DNA from: an uncultured cyanobacterium
Lineage (GTDB): Bacteria > Cyanobacteriota > Cyanobacteriia > Cyanobacteriales > Nostocaceae
DNA length: 64,000 bases
Direction of reading: 5' to 3'
NCBI GenBank assembly: GCA_963740315.1
Contig: CAVUDP010000004.1
Span: forward strand, 512,001 to 576,000
The notes under the pieces were generated by a model. That model made no database searches. It saw only the letters and a program-made list of their open reading frames with translations, and was not told where the DNA came from. Positions 22,289 through 32,148 of this stretch are shown in pieces (the first letter of the stretch is position 1; the number at the start of each line of letters is the position of its first letter). A program made the translations under genes and the position numbers.

Positions 22289-23068
22289 CTACAAAACACT
22301 CAATTCATCACCGATTTGAATAACTTGATTGCCAACTTCTTCCTCGGCTAATCGAGTATTTACAGCCAGCTTATAATAATGGTTGAAACGAGATTTATTT
22401 ACCCACTCTGGTAAATCTCTACGTTTACTGATAAATGTTTTCTGAAAATCTGAATTAACTTTTGCTGTAACTGCATTTCGAGTCGGAACAATACAGCGCT
22501 GACAGGGATTTACGCCTACAAATTGCAGATTCCCAAGTTTAAAATTAACAACGCGATCGCTTTCACAAAACAATTTATCTTCCCAAAATGCGGGGACTCC
22601 ATCTATTTCTATAGTGGTACGCATTCGACGACGGATATCGTCTTCTGTTAAGTCTGAATACCAGGAAGCAACTTCTTTTAAAGTGGCAGTACTAACTATA
22701 GTTGGTCCCGGTGAAACGGTATCATCAGGAAAGCCTGTTATTAAGTTTTTTCGTAATTTAACGGTAAAACCAAAAAACTCGCTTAACCAAGCTTCTAAAC
22801 GTGGTGTTTCTGATTCTAGATCAAAACTTTCTTCTATCTCGCTACCTTGAATTTGCAGCGACACAATTTTATTTTCTAAATCAAACTTTGAGCGCAATAA
22901 ATGAATTTTGGCATAGCGTTTAGCATTGACATACTTACCTTGCTTGTCAAAAATAGCAAATTGGCGATCGCACTCCAAGGCACCACTCTGCAAAACCCTT
23001 GCTTGTCTAACTTCCACCCCATCAAGTGACTTGATTGGATAGATGCAAATTCTGGCTACATGGGGCAT
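22289..23068 (-). CDS. MOSC domain protein (N-terminal beta-barrel + MOSC)
   Basis: IYPIKSLDG, DRQFAI, RRMRTTIEIDG..FWED, NPCQRCIVP. Start placed at the ATG at 23068. Confidence 0.88.
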   Translation of the reverse strand: MPHVARICIYPIKSLDGVEVRQARVLQSGALECDRQFAIFDKQGKYVNAKRYAKIHLLRSKFDLENKIVSLQIQGSEIEESFDLESETPRLEAWLSEFFGFTVKLRKNLITGFPDDTVSPGPTIVSTATLKEVASWYSDLTEDDIRRRMRTTIEIDGVPAFWEDKLFCESDRVVNFKLGNLQFVGVNPCQRCIVPTRNAVTAKVNSDFQKTFISKRRDLPEWVNKSRFNHYYKLAVNTRLAEEEVGNQVIQIGDELSVL

Positions 23069-23296
23069 ATTCAGCCTCCAGATAATCACTGTCGAACTAA
23101 ATAACAGCGTAATTTATATAGTGGTTGGTTACAAGAGCCAATTTTATGATTTAGTACCAGTCCACTTTGATAGTAAAGATAGATTTTCTATAACTCGGAG
23201 AAAGGAACTGTTTTGATAGCTGACTCATTAATGGCACCTTTTGTCAAGGGAAATATAAAGATTTTGACCTTGATTGTGAATTTTTTTTAATGATTT

Positions 23297-23305
23297 GGGA
23301 ATACT
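23297..23305 (+). promoter_or_regulatory. SigJ-type J-box GGGAATACT
   Basis: Exact motif ending 27 nt before the ATG. The 23-bp context AATGATTTGGGAATACTAAATCC is identical to the one upstream of 32149. Confidence 0.7.
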
Positions 23306-23332
23306 AAATCCGGAAGTGTCAAGGATAAAAGT

Positions 23333-26260
23333 ATGATTAGCATTCCTGGATATCACATTAATGAACAACTCTACAACGGTTCTCGAACCCAGGTTTACCG
23401 AGGGATTCGAGAAAACGATCGAAAACCTGTAGTTATCAAATTGCTAAAAAATGCTTACCCTAGTTTCAGCGAGTTGGTGCAGTTTCGCAATCAGTACACC
23501 ATTGCTAAAAATCTCAACTACACACGAATCATCCAAACTTATAGCTTAGAAAATTACCAAAATGGCTATGCATTGGTAATGGAAGACATGGGAGGAATTT
23601 CTCTGAGTGAATATTTTACCAATAATATTGCGTCTCTACAGGAATTTCTGAAAATAGCAATTTCCCTGTGCGATATATTAGACATTTTATACCGTCATAG
23701 AATAATTCATAAAGATATTAAACCTGCCAATATATTAATTAATCCCGAAACAAAACAGGTTAAATTAATTGACTTTAGTATTGCTTCTTTACTTCCAAAA
23801 GAAACTCAAACTGTCCTAAATGCTAATGTCTTGGAAGGGACTTTAAGTTACATATCTCCAGAGCAAACTGGAAGAATGAATCGAGGAATTGATTACCGGA
23901 CTGATTTTTATTCTTTGGGGGTAACTTTTTACGAATTACTCACCGGAGAATTACCTTTTAAGTCGGATGATGCGATGGAGTTGGTGCATTGTCATATTGC
24001 CAAACAACCACCAACTATGAATAAACCTCACCCTAACCCTCTCCTTAGTAAGGAGAGGGGACAAGAGATTCCTCACGTTTTATCAGATATCGTGATGAAA
24101 TTGATGGCGAAAAATGCCGAAGATAGATATCAAAGTGCTTTGGGATTAAAGTACGATTTAGAAATTTGTTTAAAACAACTTCAAGATACGGGAAAGATTG
24201 AAGATTTTGAAATTGCCCAAAGAGATATTTGTGACAGATTTATTATTCCTGAAAAACTTTATGGCAGAGAAAGCGAAGTCAAAAAACTATTAGCTGCATT
24301 TAACAGAGTTGCTGGTATCACTTCTCGTTCCCTGGCTCTGCCAGGGAATGCATATCATGAGGCTCTGCCTCTATACCAGGAGGCGGAGCCTCTTGAAATG
24401 CCCTGCAAGGCAAGGGTTCCTTGTAACGAGGGGAAAACAGAATTAATGCTAGTAGCAGGTTTTTCGGGTATTGGTAAAACTGCAATTGTTAATGAAGTTC
24501 ATAAACCGATAGTTAAACAGCGCGGCTATTTTATTAAAGGTAAATTTGACCAGTTTAATCGTAATATTCCTTTGGACGCTTTTGTACAAGCTTTTCGGGA
24601 TTTGATGGGACAATTAAGAACGGAAACTGATGCTCAATTGTCAGGTTGGAAACACAAAATATTACAAGCTTTGGGTGAAAGTGGGCAAGTTATTATTGAT
24701 GTTATTCCCGAATTAGAAGAAATCATTGGGAAACAACCACCCGTACCAGAACTATCGGGTACTGCTGCTCAAAATCGCTTTAATTTATTATTTCAAAAGT
24801 TTATTCAAGTTTTTACTACCAAAGAACATCCTTTAGTTATTTTCTTGGATGATTTGCAATGGGCTGATTCTGGATCTTTGAATTTGATGCAGTTGCTAAT
24901 GAGCGAATCTGAAAGCGGATATTTATTATTAATTGGTGCTTATCGAGATAATGAAGTGTTTGCGGCTCATCCTTTAATGTTGATGTTAGAGGAAGTGAGT
25001 AAATCAAAAGCAATAATTAATACCATTACCTTAGCACCATTAAGTGAAGAAAGTTTAAATCAATTGGTTGCCGATACTTTAAATTGTCTTCCTTTGACAG
25101 CAAAACCGCTGACTCAACTCGTATATCAAAAAACAAAAGGGAATCCATTTTTTAGCACGCAATTTTTGAAGTCTCTACATGAAGATGGTTTAATAAAATT
25201 CGATCTTAATTTTAGTTCCTGGAAATGCGATATTACCGAGGTAACAGCCTTAGCTCTTACTGCTGATGTTGTTGAATTTATGGGATTGCAGTTGCAAAAG
25301 TTGCCCGAATCAACGCAAAATATTTTGAAATTAGCGGCTTGTATTGGGAATCAATTTGATTTGACAACATTGGCAATAGTTTGTCAAAAGTCTGAAGCTG
25401 AAACTGCTGCCGATTTATGGAAAGCATTGCAGTTCGGGTTGATTCTACCGCAAAGTGAGATTTATAAGTTTTATCTTGAAGAGGAAACGCGGGTAACTGG
25501 GTTACAAAAAGAGCATATTGTATATAAATTTTTGCATGACAGGGTTCAACAAGCTGCATATTCTTTGATTCTTGAAAACCAAAAACAAACCACCCATTAC
25601 CACATTGGAAAACTGCTGCTCGAACAAATCTCTCCCGAAGCAAAAGAAGACAGAATTTTTGAATTAGTTAATCAATTAAACTATGGTATTACTTTAATTA
25701 ACGAGCAAAAAGAACGCGACGAATTAGCCCGACTTAATCTTATTGCTTGTCGCAAAGCTAGAAGTGCGATCGCCTCTATAGCAGGTTCTGAATATAGCAG
25801 TATCGGATTATCTTTGCTGGGGGAAAATGCTTGGCTGCAACAATATGAAATGAGTCTTGCATTCCATGACTTAGGGGCAGAATTAGCTTTTTTAAGCGGT
25901 GACTTTAAGACGATGGAACAGTTAATTGATACGGTTATCAAACGAGCCAATTCTTTACTAGAACAAGTCAGTGTTTACCGCATCATAATTCAAGCAAATG
26001 TTTCTCAGAATAAATTGATTGAAGCTATTAATATTGCTCAACAACTGTTACAAAAATTGGGTGTCAGCTTTCCCGAAACTCCGACTCCGAATGATATTCA
26101 ACAAAGTATTGTAGAGATTGGCGAACTGATTGGAGACAGGGTTGAAGAGTTGGTTAACCTACCCCAGATGACGGATAAAGAAAAAATCGCCATCGTGCAG
26201 GTTGCTAATAGCGTTATACCATCCGCTCAACTGTGTGGTTTCCCTTGTTTCCATTGCTGA
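23333..26260 (+). CDS. N-terminal part (Ser/Thr kinase + AAA/STAND-type ATPase) of a frameshifted hybrid Ser/Thr-His kinase (HstK-like)
   Basis: IIHKDIKPANIL, LIDFSIAS, SPEQTGR, Walker A GFSGIGKT, FLDDLQWAD; collinear with 32149..37659 up to about 26240. Confidence 0.88.
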   Translation: MISIPGYHINEQLYNGSRTQVYRGIRENDRKPVVIKLLKNAYPSFSELVQFRNQYTIAKNLNYTRIIQTYSLENYQNGYALVMEDMGGISLSEYFTNNIASLQEFLKIAISLCDILDILYRHRIIHKDIKPANILINPETKQVKLIDFSIASLLPKETQTVLNANVLEGTLSYISPEQTGRMNRGIDYRTDFYSLGVTFYELLTGELPFKSDDAMELVHCHIAKQPPTMNKPHPNPLLSKERGQEIPHVLSDIVMKLMAKNAEDRYQSALGLKYDLEICLKQLQDTGKIEDFEIAQRDICDRFIIPEKLYGRESEVKKLLAAFNRVAGITSRSLALPGNAYHEALPLYQEAEPLEMPCKARVPCNEGKTELMLVAGFSGIGKTAIVNEVHKPIVKQRGYFIKGKFDQFNRNIPLDAFVQAFRDLMGQLRTETDAQLSGWKHKILQALGESGQVIIDVIPELEEIIGKQPPVPELSGTAAQNRFNLLFQKFIQVFTTKEHPLVIFLDDLQWADSGSLNLMQLLMSESESGYLLLIGAYRDNEVFAAHPLMLMLEEVSKSKAIINTITLAPLSEESLNQLVADTLNCLPLTAKPLTQLVYQKTKGNPFFSTQFLKSLHEDGLIKFDLNFSSWKCDITEVTALALTADVVEFMGLQLQKLPESTQNILKLAACIGNQFDLTTLAIVCQKSEAETAADLWKALQFGLILPQSEIYKFYLEEETRVTGLQKEHIVYKFLHDRVQQAAYSLILENQKQTTHYHIGKLLLEQISPEAKEDRIFELVNQLNYGITLINEQKERDELARLNLIACRKARSAIASIAGSEYSSIGLSLLGENAWLQQYEMSLAFHDLGAELAFLSGDFKTMEQLIDTVIKRANSLLEQVSVYRIIIQANVSQNKLIEAINIAQQLLQKLGVSFPETPTPNDIQQSIVEIGELIGDRVEELVNLPQMTDKEKIAIVQVANSVIPSAQLCGFPCFHC
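24026..24060. repeat. Small palindromic repeat inserted in frame in the kinase linker (CCCTCTCCTTA-G-TAAGGAGAGGG)
   Basis: Perfect 11-bp arms, absent from the paralog. An intergenic element of the same architecture lies at 19235-19264. Confidence 0.75.
24324..24430. mobile_element. About 107-bp palindromic MITE-like element (CTCGTT...AACGAG ends) translated in frame
   Basis: Terminal inverted hexamer; internal hairpins CCCTGG/CCAGGG and GAGGCTCTGCCTC/GAGGCGGAGCCTC; homologues at 33119-33228 and 63817-63870. Confidence 0.75.
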
Positions 26261-29250
26261 TTGCTTTGTCAGTCAAGCTATCTATTCAATACGGTAATAT
26301 ACCTGATTCTGCTTTTGGTTATGCCTGTTTTGGTATCCTTGCCTGTAGGCTTTTGCAAGATGTGGAGAAGGGGGTAAAGTTTGGTGACTTGGCAGTTGAA
26401 TTGGTTTCTAAACTGGATGCTAAAGCTGTCAAACCACAGGTATTCGATGCGGTAGGGTTATTCATTTTACACCGCAAATTTCATATTAAAAAAATCCTAC
26501 CGCTTGCCCAAGAAGGTTATACAACTGCGCTAGAAGTTGGCAACTACCTATTCGCTAATATAGCCCAGCAGTACAGTCTCTACTCTTTTTGGTGCAGTCA
26601 GCCCCTTACGAACTTGGAGCAAGAGACGAAAGCTTACACTAATGCTTTATTGCAATTGAATCAATTGACAACAGCTAATTGGTGTCGAATTTATTGGCAA
26701 TCTATTTCAAATTTACTAGGTTTTGCACCGCATCCGAGTATTTTATCTGGGGAAGTAATTAGTGAAACAGAATTTTTGCCTTTATTGCTCGAAGCTCGTG
26801 AATTACTGGGGATATTTTTCTTTTATTTATATAAGCTAATGCTCTGCTATCTGTTTGGAGAAATTGAATTAGCTAAAAGCCATAGTGTTGAAGTCAGACG
26901 CTATTTAATAGCTGGTGGTGCAACCATTGGTGAACCCATATTTTACTTCTATGATTCTTTGAGTATTCTTGCAGCATTAAGTCTAAAATCTCCACAAACA
27001 TCAGAAGAATTGCAGCAAGTTGGACAAAACCAAGCGCAACTGCAACAGCAATGGGCAAATTATGCTCCAATGAATCACCAGCATAAGGTAGATTTAGTTG
27101 AAGCAGAAAAACATCGAGTATTAGGACAAAAAACTCAAGCAATCGAACTATACGATAAAGCCATTTCTGGAGCAAAAGCCAATGAATACCTTCAGGAAGA
27201 AGCTTTAGCTAACGAACTCGCAGCCAAATTCTATCTCGATTGGGGTAAAGAAAAAGTTGCTCAAGTTTATATGCAAGAAGCTTATTACTGTTATGCGAAA
27301 TGGGGAGCCAAAGCTAAAACCGATGACTTAGAAAAACGCTATCCCCATCTACTTGCACCAATTTTACAAGCGCAAAAATACAGCTTTAAAATCAACGAAA
27401 CCTACTTCAAAACAAATCAAACTATCCAAACAAGTCGTTCGAGCAGCAGCGTTTGTGAAACTTTAGATTTTGCCAGCATTCTCAAAGCAACACAGGCTTT
27501 ATCGAAAGAAATTGAATTAGAAGAGTTAATTTCAACTTTACTGCAAATAGTAATCGAAAATGCTGGAGCAGAAAAAGCTGCTTTAGTTTTTCTTAAAGAA
27601 AATATTCTAAATTTAGAAGCTGTAGCTACTAAAGATAATGGTGTAACTCACTTATCAATACCATACGAAACCAGCAGCGATATTCCCAATACAGTTATAA
27701 ATTATGTCAAACGTAGTTTAAAAACTGTTGTGCTAGATAATGCCAAAGTTGAAAATGATTTTGCGAGAGACGAATACTTAATACAGCAGCAGCCCAAAAG
27801 TTTATTATGTACGCCGATTTTAGATCGAGGTAAATTAATCGGGTTGCTGTATCTGGAAAATAAATTAATCAAAGGTGCATTTACACCGGAAAGATTGGAA
27901 GTAATTAATGTGTTATGTACTCAAGCTGCTATTTCCTTAGAAAATGCCCGACTTCACGCACAAGAAAGAGAAAAATCTCATCGGTTAGAACAATCTCAAC
28001 AACGATTAAAATTAATTATTCAGCAAACACCTGTAGCTGTAATTGAGTGGGATACTAGTTTTAAGTTTGAGTCTTGGAACCCAGCAGCAGAGAAAATTTT
28101 TGGCTATCGAGCCGAAGAAATTTTAGGTCGGCATTTACGCTATATTATTCCCGAAGAGTATCATGGTTTCGTGGATGAGGTGACTACAGAAATATTAGCT
28201 CAACGTGGGGGATCGCACGGAATAAATGAAAACTTAACAAAAGACGGTCGGCGCATTAGTTGTGAGTGGTTCAACGCTCCTATGCTTAACTCTAACGGTG
28301 AGGTTTGTGGTGGTGTTTCGATGACTTTAGATATTAGCGATCGCATTGCTGCACAATCAGCTATAAATCAGAAATCGCAAGAGTTAGAAAAAGCTTTACA
28401 AGAACTAAACCAAGCCCAATTACAAATGGTGCAAAATGAAAAAATGGCAACTTTGGGTAATTTAGTTGCTGGAGTAGCCCACGAAGTTAACAACCCGATT
28501 GGATTTCTCAAAGGTAGTATCAGCAATGCAGAAGATTATATTAAAGATTTGTTTGCTCATATAGAATGCTATCAAGAAAATTATCCGACTCCAGAAGAAG
28601 AAATTATAGAAAACGCCGAAGATATTGATTTAGAATTTATCACTGAGGATTTACCAAAGCTGTTAGATTCTATGAGGTTAGCAACACAAAGAATTAAAGA
28701 TATTAGTACCAGTTTGCGTACTTTTTCTAGAGCAGATACATCCCAAAAAGTTGCTTGCAATATTCATGAAGGTATTGATAGCACGATTTTAATTTTAAAA
28801 TATCGTCTCAAAGCTAACGATAAACGTCCGGCAATTGAAGTTATCAAAGAGTACGGTGAATTACCGCCTGTAAAGTGTTTTCTGGGACAGTTAAACCAAG
28901 TATTTATGAATATCATTGCCAACGCGATAGATGCTTTAGACATGACAAATGAGGGAAAAACATTCGCCGAAATACAAGAAAACCCTCACAAAATAACTAT
29001 TAACACCTCTGTCTCTACCGATCGACGTTCTTGTTTTATTCGCATCCAAGATAATGGTTCGGGGATGCCAGAGTCAATTCGAGAACGTATATTTGATAAT
29101 CTTTTTACTACTAAAGAAGTCGGTAAAGGTACGGGTTTGGGATTGGCTATTGCTAAACAAATTGTCGAAGAAACTCACAATGGTAAAATCAGCTGTAACT
29201 CAACTTTAGGAGAAGGAACTGAGTTTGTAATTGAACTACCTATTAATTGA
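26233..29250 (+). CDS. C-terminal part (helical repeats + GAF + PAS + histidine kinase) of the same frameshifted hybrid kinase
   Basis: Continues the alignment to the paralog (LSIQYGN); [32 protein letters not shown]-box AHEVNNP, GTGLGL. Confidence 0.88.
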   Translation: MWFPLFPLLIALSVKLSIQYGNIPDSAFGYACFGILACRLLQDVEKGVKFGDLAVELVSKLDAKAVKPQVFDAVGLFILHRKFHIKKILPLAQEGYTTALEVGNYLFANIAQQYSLYSFWCSQPLTNLEQETKAYTNALLQLNQLTTANWCRIYWQSISNLLGFAPHPSILSGEVISETEFLPLLLEARELLGIFFFYLYKLMLCYLFGEIELAKSHSVEVRRYLIAGGATIGEPIFYFYDSLSILAALSLKSPQTSEELQQVGQNQAQLQQQWANYAPMNHQHKVDLVEAEKHRVLGQKTQAIELYDKAISGAKANEYLQEEALANELAAKFYLDWGKEKVAQVYMQEAYYCYAKWGAKAKTDDLEKRYPHLLAPILQAQKYSFKINETYFKTNQTIQTSRSSSSVCETLDFASILKATQALSKEIELEELISTLLQIVIENAGAEKAALVFLKENILNLEAVATKDNGVTHLSIPYETSSDIPNTVINYVKRSLKTVVLDNAKVENDFARDEYLIQQQPKSLLCTPILDRGKLIGLLYLENKLIKGAFTPERLEVINVLCTQAAISLENARLHAQEREKSHRLEQSQQRLKLIIQQTPVAVIEWDTSFKFESWNPAAEKIFGYRAEEILGRHLRYIIPEEYHGFVDEVTTEILAQRGGSHGINENLTKDGRRISCEWFNAPMLNSNGEVCGGVSMTLDISDRIAAQSAINQKSQELEKALQELNQAQLQMVQNEKMATLGNLVAGVAHEVNNPIGFLKGSISNAEDYIKDLFAHIECYQENYPTPEEEIIENAEDIDLEFITEDLPKLLDSMRLATQRIKDISTSLRTFSRADTSQKVACNIHEGIDSTILILKYRLKANDKRPAIEVIKEYGELPPVKCFLGQLNQVFMNIIANAIDALDMTNEGKTFAEIQENPHKITINTSVSTDRRSCFIRIQDNGSGMPESIRERIFDNLFTTKEVGKGTGLGLAIAKQIVEETHNGKISCNSTLGEGTEFVIELPIN

Positions 29251-29290
29251 TTTTAGATTTTGGATTTTGGATTTTAGATTAAACTTTTAC

Positions 29291-29652
29291 TATAGCAGTC
29301 CTAAATGATTCGTGAAATTTGAAGTAATACGTTCGCGTAGCGTGTCCTCTTAGGACAGCATCTTGCTCGCTGGCAATAATAATTCATAAAATTTGAAGTA
29401 GTGCGTTCGCGTAGCGTGTCCTCTTAGGACAGCATCTTGCTCGCTGGCAATAATAATTCATAAAATTTGAAGTAGTGCGTTCGCGTAGCGTGTCCTCTTA
29501 GGACAGCATCTTGCTCGCTGGCAATAATAATTCATAAAATTTGAAGTAATACGTTCGCGTAGCGTGTCCTCTTAGGACAGCATCTTGCTCGCACTACTTT
29601 ATAGATATAAATAAGCGTAATTTTTTTACAACTGCTGAGCCGGATTGCTATA
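29291..29652. mobile_element. MITE-like element with TATAGCARTCC terminal inverted repeats enclosing a tandem array
   Basis: Left end TATAGCAGTCC; right end GGATTGCTATA (10/11 complementary); TA at both outer ends. Confidence 0.5.
29315..29592 (+). repeat. Tandem array of about 3.8 copies of a 74-bp unit
   Basis: GAAGTA recurs at 29321, 29395, 29469 and 29543. Units are identical except AATA/AGTG after GAAGT. Confidence 0.95.
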
Positions 29653-29676
29653 AAAATAATCCCCGTTGCCTACTCC

Positions 29677-29841
29677 TTAATAATCATTATCGGCAACACA
29701 AATCCCTTTACATTTAATGCCATTCGTAGCGGTGCGCTTGCAATGGGGACATAGTATCTTTTCGCTGTCTGTCTCTGAATCGTTCTTTGCATTGCTACTT
29801 GCTTGTGACTTATCTTTTTCAATCTGGGATTCTGAAGTCAT
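29677..29841 (-). CDS. 54-aa Cys-rich small protein (CPHC-x9-C-x3-C)
   Basis: Manual translation: MTSESQIEKDKSQASSNAKNDSETDSEKILCPHCKRTATNGIKCKGICVADNDY*. Below the ORF-track length cutoff. Confidence 0.7.
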   Translation of the reverse strand: MTSESQIEKDKSQASSNAKNDSETDSEKILCPHCKRTATNGIKCKGICVADNDY

Positions 29842-30066
29842 AAAAAAGAGATTTTGCGGTTTTCATCTATATTTTACAATCGCAGAGATTTTCTGTTCCC
29901 TATTCCCTGTCACTCTTATCAATCTAATAAATAGATTATGATTCGACGTAAATAAAATTGCTGATGTTAACATAGAGAAGATTTGATGTAAATTAGTAAA
30001 AATATTTAATTACCATGTATTTTTTATACGAAGTATACTTGATTATTATCCCGGTATAGCTCGCAC

Positions 30067-30125
30067 ATCTTGCACTATCTAAGTAAAGGCACAAAGAAAC
30101 CGCGTTTCTCGTCGAGGTGCAAGAT
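30067..30125. repeat. Short inverted-repeat element ATCTTGCAC...GTGCAAGAT enclosing an AGAAACCGCGTTTCT palindrome
   Basis: Directly visible nested inverted repeats. Confidence 0.55.
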
Positions 30126-30229
30126 ATAGGAGTAGAGATAAATACATTAATTTGTATGTAATTCCCGAAAGAGTCAGTTTACGAAGAAAACTTAGTCAGT
30201 TGTAAAAAGCTGAAGGGAAGTGTAGAGCA

Positions 30230-31813
30230 ATGCGAGTTTTATTAATTTATCCTTTATTTCCAAAAACTTTTTGGTCTTATGAAAAAATTTTAGAGTTGGT
30301 AAATAAAAAAGTTTTATTGCCACCTTTAGGTTTAGCGACTGTAGCCGCAATTTTACCCCAGGAATGGGAATTTAAATTAGTCGATCGCAATATTCGCTCT
30401 GTCACGGAAGCCGAATGGGAATGGGCAGATATGGTAATTTTATCTGCAATGATCGTGCAAAAAGAAGACTTATGCGACCAAATAAAAACTGCAAAACAAC
30501 ATGGTAAATTAGTTGCAGTTGGTGGTCCTTATCCAACTTCCGTACCCGCAGTAGCCCAAGAAGCTGGAGCAGATTTTCTCATCCTTGATGAAGGGGAAAT
30601 TACTTTACCAATGTTTGTCGAAGCGGTACAAGCTGGTAGAACAAGCGGTGTATTTCGCGCTACAGAAAAACCAGATGTGACTTCAACACCCATTCCTCGC
30701 TTCGACTTGTTGGAAAGAGATGCTTACGACATGATGTCGGTGCAATTTTCTCGCGGTTGTCCTTTTCAATGCGAATTCTGCGATATTATCGTACTTTACG
30801 GACGCAAACCCCGCACCAAAACCCCAGCGCAGCTGTTAGCTGAATTAGATTGTTTGTATGAATTGGGTTGGCGCAGGGGTGTGTTCATGGTGGATGATAA
30901 CTTTATCGGCAACAAACGCAACGTTAAGCTGTTGCTGCTTGAGTTAAAAGAATGGATGAAAGAACATGATTATCCATTCCGCTTTGATACCGAAGCCTCA
31001 ATTGATTTAGCAGAAGATCCAGAATTGATGGAATTGATGGTTGAGTGTGGTTTTGCTGCGGTATTTTTGGGGATTGAGACACCAGATGAAGATAGTTTGC
31101 AGCTAACAAAGAAGTTTCAAAATACCCGCAATTCCCTGGTTGAATCCGTAGAGTCTATTATTAAAGCGGGTTTGCGTCCGATGGCTGGCTTTATTATTGG
31201 TTTTGACGGCGAAAAATCTGGAGCAGGCGATCGCATTGTCCGTTTTGCCGAACAAGCAGCGATTCCTTCTACAACTTTCGCGATGTTGCAAGCGTTACCC
31301 AACACTGCATTATGGCATCGTTTAGAAAAAGAAGGCAGAATGCGCGAAGCTCAGGATGGAAACATTAACCAAACCACGTTAATGAATTTTATTCCGACTC
31401 GTCCGCTACAAGATATTGGCAGGGAATATATTGAAGCATTTTGTGCTTTATATGACCCGATAGCTTATTTAGATCGTACCTATCGCTGCTTTTTAATGAT
31501 GGGTAAACCAAGTTGGAAAGCACCTGGCAAAAAACCAGAATGGATTGTAGTGAAAGCACTTGCAACTGTTATTTGGCGACAAGGTATTAAACGCGAAACT
31601 CGCTGGAAATTCTGGCATCATTTATTCGGTATTCTCAAGCATAACCCCGCAGTCTTTGAACATTATTTATCAACCTGCGCCCACAACGAACATTTTCTGG
31701 AATATCGTCAAATTGTCCGCGAACAAATCGAATCTCAGCTTGCAGAATATTTAGCTCAAGGCGCAGAAAAGCCTTATGTACCTGTCAAGAAAGCTGAAGC
31801 TGTTAAAGTGTAA
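30230..31813 (+). CDS. B12-binding domain radical SAM protein (DUF4070 C-terminus)
   Basis: PPLGLATVAA, VGGPYPT, SRGCPFQCEFCDI (CxxxCxxC), FMVDDNFIG, GFIIGFDGE. Confidence 0.93.
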   Translation: MRVLLIYPLFPKTFWSYEKILELVNKKVLLPPLGLATVAAILPQEWEFKLVDRNIRSVTEAEWEWADMVILSAMIVQKEDLCDQIKTAKQHGKLVAVGGPYPTSVPAVAQEAGADFLILDEGEITLPMFVEAVQAGRTSGVFRATEKPDVTSTPIPRFDLLERDAYDMMSVQFSRGCPFQCEFCDIIVLYGRKPRTKTPAQLLAELDCLYELGWRRGVFMVDDNFIGNKRNVKLLLLELKEWMKEHDYPFRFDTEASIDLAEDPELMELMVECGFAAVFLGIETPDEDSLQLTKKFQNTRNSLVESVESIIKAGLRPMAGFIIGFDGEKSGAGDRIVRFAEQAAIPSTTFAMLQALPNTALWHRLEKEGRMREAQDGNINQTTLMNFIPTRPLQDIGREYIEAFCALYDPIAYLDRTYRCFLMMGKPSWKAPGKKPEWIVVKALATVIWRQGIKRETRWKFWHHLFGILKHNPAVFEHYLSTCAHNEHFLEYRQIVREQIESQLAEYLAQGAEKPYVPVKKAEAVKV

Positions 31814-31833
31814 TAGTTAATTGAATGTTTGAT

Positions 31834-31881
31834 AAAAAAAGATTGTAGAGGAGGTTTTAAAGCCATTTCTACAATTTTTTT
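31834..31881 (+). terminator. Possible intrinsic terminator
   Basis: A-tract, ATTGTAGA ... TCTACAAT, then a T-tract, just after the radical SAM stop. Confidence 0.5.
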
Positions 31882-31914
31882 ATGTTTTTATATATTTGAT
31901 TTAATTCAGTTTCC

Positions 31915-32031
31915 TTGGGATTGGCGATCGCACGTCAAATTGTCGAAGAAACCCACGCTGGTAAACTCAGTTGTAATTCAAACTTAGGGGAAGGAACTGA
32001 TTTTGTAATTGAGTTACCTATCGAATCGTAA
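31915..32031 (+). pseudogene. Orphan 3' fragment of a histidine kinase gene
   Basis: Translates to LGLAIARQIVEETHAGKLSCNSNLGEGTDFVIELPIES*, nearly identical to the end of 26233..29250. It has no start or upstream coding sequence. Confidence 0.85.
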
Positions 32032-32110
32032 ATAGAGCATCGATTATTCGCGAATTGAAGCAAGTATTTCGATGCATACCTCATAATTATGATTATTCTT
32101 AAAATGATTT

Positions 32111-32119
32111 GGGAATACT
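32111..32119 (+). promoter_or_regulatory. SigJ-type J-box GGGAATACT
   Basis: Exact motif ending 29 nt before the ATG at 32149. Confidence 0.7.
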
Positions 32120-32148
32120 AAATCCATAAGCTTACAGGATTTAGCAGC

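Noticed and set aside
29315..29592. CRISPR array (74-bp period, palindromic unit)
   Set aside because: The would-be spacers are identical between units and no cas genes are present. It is a tandem repeat.
29717..29941. 74-aa plus-strand ORF
   Set aside because: Antisense to the more protein-like Cys microprotein at 29677-29841.
30230..31813. Calling the radical SAM gene hpnP (hopanoid C-2 methylase)
   Set aside because: The domain architecture is shared, but no hopanoid genes are nearby and the N-terminus looks like the widespread cyanobacterial paralog. A phylogeny would be needed.
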